Shown here one piece after another: positions 27,058 through 32,000 of a stretch of 32,000 nt of DNA (position 1 is its first letter; every line of letters starts with the position of its first letter). The stretch is from Candidatus Chlorohelix allophototropha (GTDB lineage: Bacteria > Chloroflexota > Chloroflexia > Chloroheliales > Chloroheliaceae), in NCBI RefSeq assembly GCF_030389965.1, contig NZ_CP128399.1, positions 2,670,799 through 2,702,798 of the forward strand, in the 5' to 3' direction. The notes beneath the pieces were generated by a model. It saw only the letters and a list, made by a program, of their open reading frames with translations, was not told where the DNA came from and did no database searches. Both the position numbers and the translations under genes were made by a program.

Positions 27058-28063
27058 TGTTCCAAGCTTCAAGAACTTCTCGTTCTTTATCCAAAGAGAT
27101 TCCGGCGTAGCGCAGCACTTCCGACGGGCGCACCCTATCCCACTCAAAGGTAGCTCGAACAGTTTCCGCCAACGGGCGGATGGTCAAGCCTTTTGAAAGC
27201 GCTTTGGTGATATTTGTTGCGCCCAAAGCTCTGGACATTGGATCAGAGGCGGGAATCCAAAGCGGTAAACCCAACCATGGCATTATTTTCTCATCCAATA
27301 TAAATTGATCGTCCACCCAAGTTAAGTGAGCGTTACCGCCACAAACTCGATTAGATTCTTCGAGGAACACACCCATTGTCAGGGTATAATCTGGTCCGGT
27401 AAAGTTAAAGACCCCTGTTTCAAGCTTCTCCGCCAGACGCAGCGTACCCTCGGCTAAATCGCGCACATCAATAAACTGAACTGGACGCGCAGGTGAACCG
27501 GGAGCAAGCACTTCTCCACCTTGCGGCAGCCGATGTACCCAATAGGTGAAGCGATCGGAGGGGTCGTAGGGACCAACAATCAAGCCCGGTCGAATTATCA
27601 ACGCGCCGTCCGAAAACTGCGCCTGTACCTCTTTTTCGCAAAGGGCTTTTAGTGGACCGTAATTCTCCGGCGAAATCTCACGCGGGGAGGAGGTTTTTTC
27701 TACTTCCTCCTCAGAAATTGTAGCCAGTTCGTCTTCCTCAACCAAGCCAGTTTTACCTTGATCGGCATAAACCGAAATGGTAGAGATAAATACATAGAGT
27801 CGAGCGGAACCTGCAAGCAAACTTGCTGTTTGGCGAACCGCGCCCGGCAAATAGCCACAGGTATCAATTACTATATCAAAGCTACGCCCTGTTAGTGCGC
27901 TTAAATCTTGTTCGCGATCACCTAATAGCTTTTCGACTTGGGGAAACTGGTCAGGATTAGTGCGCCCCCGGTTAAAGGTGGTAACGTTATGCCCGGCTTT
28001 GAGAGCTGCTTCTATCAAAGGATATCCCAAAAAACGAGGACCACCGATCAATAGTAGCTTCAT
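27050..28063 (-). CDS. NAD(P)-dependent epimerase/dehydratase (SDR family)
   Basis: 'MKLLLIGGPRFLGYPLIEAALKAGHNVTTFNRG...FISTISVYAD...ENYGPLKALCE' Rossmann and YxxxK motifs. Confidence 0.9.
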   Translation of the reverse strand: MKLLLIGGPRFLGYPLIEAALKAGHNVTTFNRGRTNPDQFPQVEKLLGDREQDLSALTGRSFDIVIDTCGYLPGAVRQTASLLAGSARLYVFISTISVYADQGKTGLVEEDELATISEEEVEKTSSPREISPENYGPLKALCEKEVQAQFSDGALIIRPGLIVGPYDPSDRFTYWVHRLPQGGEVLAPGSPARPVQFIDVRDLAEGTLRLAEKLETGVFNFTGPDYTLTMGVFLEESNRVCGGNAHLTWVDDQFILDEKIMPWLGLPLWIPASDPMSRALGATNITKALSKGLTIRPLAETVRATFEWDRVRPSEVLRYAGISLDKEREVLEAWNKK

Positions 28064-28082
28064 TATTCAATCCGCTTTCTTT

Positions 28083-28117
28083 ATAAAAAAGAAACCCGCC
28101 CCGTAAGTGGAGCGGGT
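28083..28117 (-). terminator. Rho-independent terminator downstream of the pucC-like gene
   Basis: ACCCGC (28094-28099) / GCGGGT (28112-28117); minus-strand read ends ...GGGTTTCTTTTTTATA. Confidence 0.75.
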
Positions 28118-28134
28118 AAGAATTCTGAATTATC

Positions 28135-29700
28135 TTAAGCAACACCACCGGCATTAGTCCCTGAAGCTACAGCAATAGCCTCTTCTGGATGAATTGCGGC
28201 AGTAATTTCAGCAATCTCTTTCTGGAACTGCGGAACACTTACTCTAGTAAACAAGGCAAGCGCCAGAGCCGTACCAATTGCCTGAGTGAGAAATACAAAG
28301 CCATAGCCTACGCTCAAGTTATTGGGGAAAGCATTGAAGGCGAAATCTCGCAACGCCCCTGCGCCCAAATTAGCCAGTCCGGTTCCAAACGCCTGAGCAA
28401 TACCCCAAACCCCGATGTACAAAGCCGCGTTCGCCTTATCAGTAATATCCATCATTGTACCGATTAGACCGGGAACACTTGTGCCTAAACCCAATCCCAT
28501 AATTATCAGCCCAATGGTAAATATTGATTTATCGCCTGCAATTGCGGCATCCCAAGCTTTGCGAGCCGCTGCGTAAGCATCTTCACTGATCAAACCGCTG
28601 GCATGAGCATTGTTGGCAGCATCATAAGCTTGAATTGCCGCCTGATCTACTTTGAAGATGAAACCAGAAACAGCTTGGAGAAGCATTCCAATAACTGCTA
28701 CCCCCAAACCGCCATAAATTGAATAGCGTTTGTTTATCCACAGGGTTACTACCCCGGCTCCGATCATAGCCACCAAAATCGGCCCATTGAGAGTTGCCTG
28801 AATTGCGCTCCGTTCGGCGACGGTCATACGATACACATTACCGGCATAAGCAGGCGCGAGGATATCACGCATAAAGGTAAAAGCGCAATAAACAAATAGG
28901 AAGCTCAAAAAGACCCGCGCTTGCCTGATACTGGTAACTACCTTAAATGCCTGCCTGAAATTGACATGGGTACGTTTGTGGTCAATTGCACCCTCACGAC
29001 GTGGCTCTATCATAGAAGTTCCAATAACCGACAGAAATACTAGTACCAGTAATATTGCCGGGAAAAGGAAAAGGAAAATAGGATACAGCGAGTTGTAATC
29101 AAAGCTGCGTCCTTCGTTCTCCGGCAGAATAACCCGTCCTACAATGGAACTGATAATTATTCCGGCAATTAGCAAAGTCCAGCCGATAGAAGCCAGAAAA
29201 CCGCGCACCCGTTCGGAGGTGGTATCCACCAAAACTGCCAGCGCAGCAGTACCCATTATGGAAATGCCGGTGCCGTTTATCAAGAATACCAGAATGGCTA
29301 CAATAACCCAGAAAAAGTTACTTTGATAATTGCCGGTATTGGCTACTTCTCCGGTAATACGATGGAAGTTCGGGTCGCGCAATTGCTGCACCACCAGCAA
29401 GATAAGCGGATATGAGCCGGCTAGAGTTATGCCGCCAATCGCTATGAAGGGCGCGCGGTGCATTTTGAAAATGGAATAGCGGTCTGACAAAGAGCCGATA
29501 TAACTTCTGATAGGTTCAATGAAATAGTGGCTACCTAGCAAAACACCAACAAGAATAGCAGGTACGCCCAGTTCGTTTATCATAACCGGGTCAAGGATAC
29601 TACTTATAATTCCGGCGGAGAAACCGGAAGCCACCTGAAACATCAGAACTAGGAAGAAAACCAGCCCAACCAGAAATTTATTTCTTTTCGCTATTACCAT
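28135..29700 (-). CDS. BCD/PucC-family MFS protein (bacteriochlorophyll/light-harvesting assembly type)
   Basis: 12-TM-like; 'GILDP..LGVPAILVGVLLGSHYFIEPIRSYIGSLSDRYSIFKMHRAPFIAIGG' and 'RVRGFLASIGWTLLIAGIIISS...' are characteristic; ATG 29700 preceded by GGAG. Confidence 0.8.
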   Translation of the reverse strand: MVIAKRNKFLVGLVFFLVLMFQVASGFSAGIISSILDPVMINELGVPAILVGVLLGSHYFIEPIRSYIGSLSDRYSIFKMHRAPFIAIGGITLAGSYPLILLVVQQLRDPNFHRITGEVANTGNYQSNFFWVIVAILVFLINGTGISIMGTAALAVLVDTTSERVRGFLASIGWTLLIAGIIISSIVGRVILPENEGRSFDYNSLYPIFLFLFPAILLVLVFLSVIGTSMIEPRREGAIDHKRTHVNFRQAFKVVTSIRQARVFLSFLFVYCAFTFMRDILAPAYAGNVYRMTVAERSAIQATLNGPILVAMIGAGVVTLWINKRYSIYGGLGVAVIGMLLQAVSGFIFKVDQAAIQAYDAANNAHASGLISEDAYAAARKAWDAAIAGDKSIFTIGLIIMGLGLGTSVPGLIGTMMDITDKANAALYIGVWGIAQAFGTGLANLGAGALRDFAFNAFPNNLSVGYGFVFLTQAIGTALALALFTRVSVPQFQKEIAEITAAIHPEEAIAVASGTNAGGVA

Positions 29701-29855
29701 ATTTCCCAACTCCTAAAATATATCGCTAAAGGTGCAGATCACTTCCCCCGAACATTGATTATTTTTAAATAAAGGGTCAACCCCTTCTAGCTTGTGCAGA
29801 AAGGGTTGGGATGTAAAAAATTTCAATTTTAAACGGATTGCTCGGCTTTTTGACG

Positions 29856-30350
29856 CTAGACTGCCGGTTTATCAACCGTTTCCAAAGTAGCCATAGTGCC
29901 GCGTTTCTTGTGATGCTGACGATTTACAAGCCATTTCAAAACGTATTGTGCAGCATTTAGCAGATAGCTTACATAAGCTATTACTACCAGCAGCAACAGG
30001 GTTTTATGATCCCTGACCCCAAATAACAAAGCTACCAAATAGATTGAGTGTGCAACCATTACAATGGTAGTAATAAAATCTTCCCAGAAAAATTGGGGGG
30101 CAAAATACCAATGATCGAAAACATCTTTCTCCCAAAACATTCCGGTAATGCACATGAAATAGAGAAAAAGGATTTTGAATATAATAGTAGCATTGGTAAT
30201 GTCGAACAGGCTATCGGAGAAGAAAGTGCCGATTACAAATCCGAGGCTTATGAGGAAAACCAGAAATTGAAAGGGCGCACCCCAGATTTGTACTTTTGTC
30301 CAAACACTGTTAGCTCTTCGTGCGTACTGTTCAGGTGTGTAGGTACTCAT
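29856..30350 (-). CDS. bchF: 3-vinyl bacteriochlorophyllide hydratase (BchF/BchV family)
   Basis: 'YTPEQYARRANSVWTKVQIWGAPFQFLVFLISLGFV...TGMFWEKDVFDHWYFAPQFFWEDFITTIVMVAHSIYLVALL...LNAAQYVLKWL'. Confidence 0.85.
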   Translation of the reverse strand: MSTYTPEQYARRANSVWTKVQIWGAPFQFLVFLISLGFVIGTFFSDSLFDITNATIIFKILFLYFMCITGMFWEKDVFDHWYFAPQFFWEDFITTIVMVAHSIYLVALLFGVRDHKTLLLLVVIAYVSYLLNAAQYVLKWLVNRQHHKKRGTMATLETVDKPAV

Positions 30351-30416
30351 CTTTTACCTTTTTGGGTTTGATGTGAAAAAAATTCAGGCTTCTATAAAAA
30401 TCTTACTAATGAAAAG

Positions 30417-30454
30417 AGGTGTAGTATGTAGTGGCAACTACAAAAGCTACACCT
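30417..30454. promoter_or_regulatory. Nested inverted repeat upstream of bchF (operator, 5'UTR element or terminator of upstream gene)
   Basis: Outer AGGTGTAG (30417-30424) / CTACACCT (30447-30454); inner TGTAGT (30427-30432) / ACTACA (30437-30442). Confidence 0.6.
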
Positions 30455-30488
30455 CGGTACCTCACCTGGAATTTAAAATAAAACCCTT

Positions 30489-30998
30489 TTACTTGTTCGG
30501 CATGTCTAGTTTGGAACCAAGCTTTCCAAGCATAGTACCCCGATCAACTGGCAAGTCAAACTGGGATACTTCATGTTCTTCTTGGTCTTCTTCGAAAAAG
30601 GAAAAAGGCGCACCGGGACTCGAAGGACTGAGCGAATGTGCTTGGAAATAGTTAGCATGCCAAACCGCATGTATTTCGGAACCTTGCTGAATTTCCTCTT
30701 CAGTAGGAGCCGGAGCTACCTCGGCAAGCCCGGTATAAAGCTTTATGCGTTCTTCTTCGGTGAAAAGTTCCGGCGGAACTTCATGACGCAAATACTCTTC
30801 CATCCGTGTGTAGAAAAGAGCGCGTTCAATTACCGGAAAAGAACCATTTATCAAGCGCAGATTGCCCAGATACGCAATAGTACGCTGGCGAGGCTCACCG
30901 GCGCCGTTTTTATAGCTTTGAACGAGGTAAGCATCGTAAAAGGTAATTTTAGCAAGGTCTTCGTTCTTGTGACGTCTAATTACCCATTTTACATACAT
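30489..30998 (-). CDS. Hypothetical protein with N-terminal segment resembling IS1634/IS4-type transposase N-termini
   Basis: 'AKITFYDAYLVQSYKNGAGEPRQRTIAYLGNLRLI' resembles '..S.R..GK.RQRTI..LG.L'; no DDE catalytic domain follows. Confidence 0.55.
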   Translation of the reverse strand: MYVKWVIRRHKNEDLAKITFYDAYLVQSYKNGAGEPRQRTIAYLGNLRLINGSFPVIERALFYTRMEEYLRHEVPPELFTEEERIKLYTGLAEVAPAPTEEEIQQGSEIHAVWHANYFQAHSLSPSSPGAPFSFFEEDQEEHEVSQFDLPVDRGTMLGKLGSKLDMPNK

Positions 30999-31355
30999 AT
31001 AATCTATTCCCCTAGACCGTTTATCCAGTATTTGAGATGCAAATCTTACTTCAACTTCACTCGAAGAGGTATTCGGTTGCAGATAGGCTTAGTATAGCAA
31101 TGAAAATTAGGGGTTTTATGTAGTTGGGACTACCAAACTGGGGCTTAATAGATTGCCAACTGCATGATTAAATTAAGCCTTGTAAGGCTATCCCTTCCCT
31201 AGAATCGTAGTTCACGCTACAGACTGACTATCTGTTTACCTATAAGCTATTGGTAATCAACCCTTACCGGCTTTTGCCAGTTCTAATTTTCTTTTGCTAT
31301 TCATATTTTTTACCCCTAGAGGGTACTGTGTTTTAGTATCCAGGGAGATGTCACT

Positions 31356-32000
31356 ATGCGAGTCATTTTATATGTAGGTAAAGGTGGGGTCGGAAAAACC
31401 ACCATTTCAGCAGCTACCGCTGTACGCGCCGCCCAAATGGGCTACCGTACATTAGTTGTAAGCACGGATACAGCACACAGTTTAGCTGATGCCTTTGATC
31501 TTAACCTTAAATCGGTTCCAGATAAAGTAGCAGATAACCTTTGGGCACAAGAGATAAACGTTCTGGATGAAGTACGCTCGAATTGGGGCAAGCTGGAAAG
31601 CTATTTTGCTACCATGCTTAAGAAAAAAGGCGCTGATGATGTTATTGCTGAAGAATTGGCGCTTCTGCCCGGTATGGATGAATTGATCAGTTTGCTTCAA
31701 ATTCTACGGCATAGCCGGAGTGGTGATTATGATGTCATCTTTATTGATGCTGCCCCTACCGGTGAAACTGTCCGGCTTTTAAGTATGCCCGATATGTTTA
31801 CTTGGTACTCTGATAGGGTTGCAACTTGGCATAATAGCACCATGAAATTAGCAGGGGCTATAATCAAACCGTTAATGCCGCGCAACAATGTTTTCGACGC
31901 AATACCCGATATAACCCAACAGGTTGATTTGCTGCGCACTACACTTACCAGCCCTAAACAAGCCTCTTACCGGATAGTAGTTAATCCCGAAAAGATGGTG
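31356..32000 (+). CDS. ArsA-family (anion-transporting/GET3-like) ATPase, 3' truncated by window end
   Basis: 'MRVILYVGKGGVGKTTISAATAVRAAQMGYRTLVVSTDTAHSLADAFDL' deviant Walker A and switch I; 'DYDVIFIDAAPTGETVRLLSMPDMFTWYSD'; open through 32000; GGGAG ribosome-binding site. Confidence 0.9.
   Translation, partial: MRVILYVGKGGVGKTTISAATAVRAAQMGYRTLVVSTDTAHSLADAFDLNLKSVPDKVADNLWAQEINVLDEVRSNWGKLESYFATMLKKKGADDVIAEELALLPGMDELISLLQILRHSRSGDYDVIFIDAAPTGETVRLLSMPDMFTWYSDRVATWHNSTMKLAGAIIKPLMPRNNVFDAIPDITQQVDLLRTTLTSPKQASYRIVVNPEKMV

Noticed and set aside
29777-29815. Hairpin downstream of the bchF-like gene (CAACCCCTT ... AAAGGGTTG)
   Set aside because: Imperfect arms, long 14-nt loop and a weak T-tract; plausible terminator but too weak to list as a feature.
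1-32000. CRISPR arrays, tRNA or rRNA genes
   Set aside because: No regularly spaced 20-40 nt direct repeats, no cloverleaf-like sequences and no rRNA-like segments were noticed while reading; a tRNAscan/CRISPRCasFinder run would be needed to be certain.

Overview
This 32 kb window appears to be a chromosomal segment from an anoxygenic phototrophic Chloroflexota-type bacterium. That is inferred from the gene content: a bchF-like 3-vinyl bacteriochlorophyllide hydratase, a PucC/BCD-family MFS protein and an ArsA-type ATPase. From left to right it contains: a membrane-anchored alpha/beta-hydrolase; indolepyruvate:ferredoxin oxidoreductase genes (iorBA) divergent from an Lrp/AsnC regulator; HEAT-repeat, Nudix and MtrA-domain thymidylate-synthase-like genes; an AT-rich two-gene cassette (unknown 355 aa protein plus 624 aa OLD/SMC-like AAA ATPase); a reduced phenylacetate-type operon (internally shortened PaaX-like ORF, paaK, EthD-like, enoyl-CoA hydratase, PaaA-like di-iron protein, thiolase); two convergent secreted propeller/FN3 proteins; a divalent-metal cluster (MgtE_N/CBS soluble protein, non-canonical NRAMP, CorA); an SDR epimerase; and the pucC-bchF-ArsA region. 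The most notable signal is the ATPase cassette (9396-12334). On one side it abuts the intact 5' end of the thymidylate-synthase-like gene. On the other side there is a diverged, same-orientation copy of that gene's first 27 codons (12507-12587, about 83% nt identity), with its own Shine-Dalgarno. This looks like a cargo island that inserted into the 5' end of a host gene and supplied a replacement 5' end. It is a candidate undescribed defence-type system. All family assignments come from reading the sequence and were not checked by database search.
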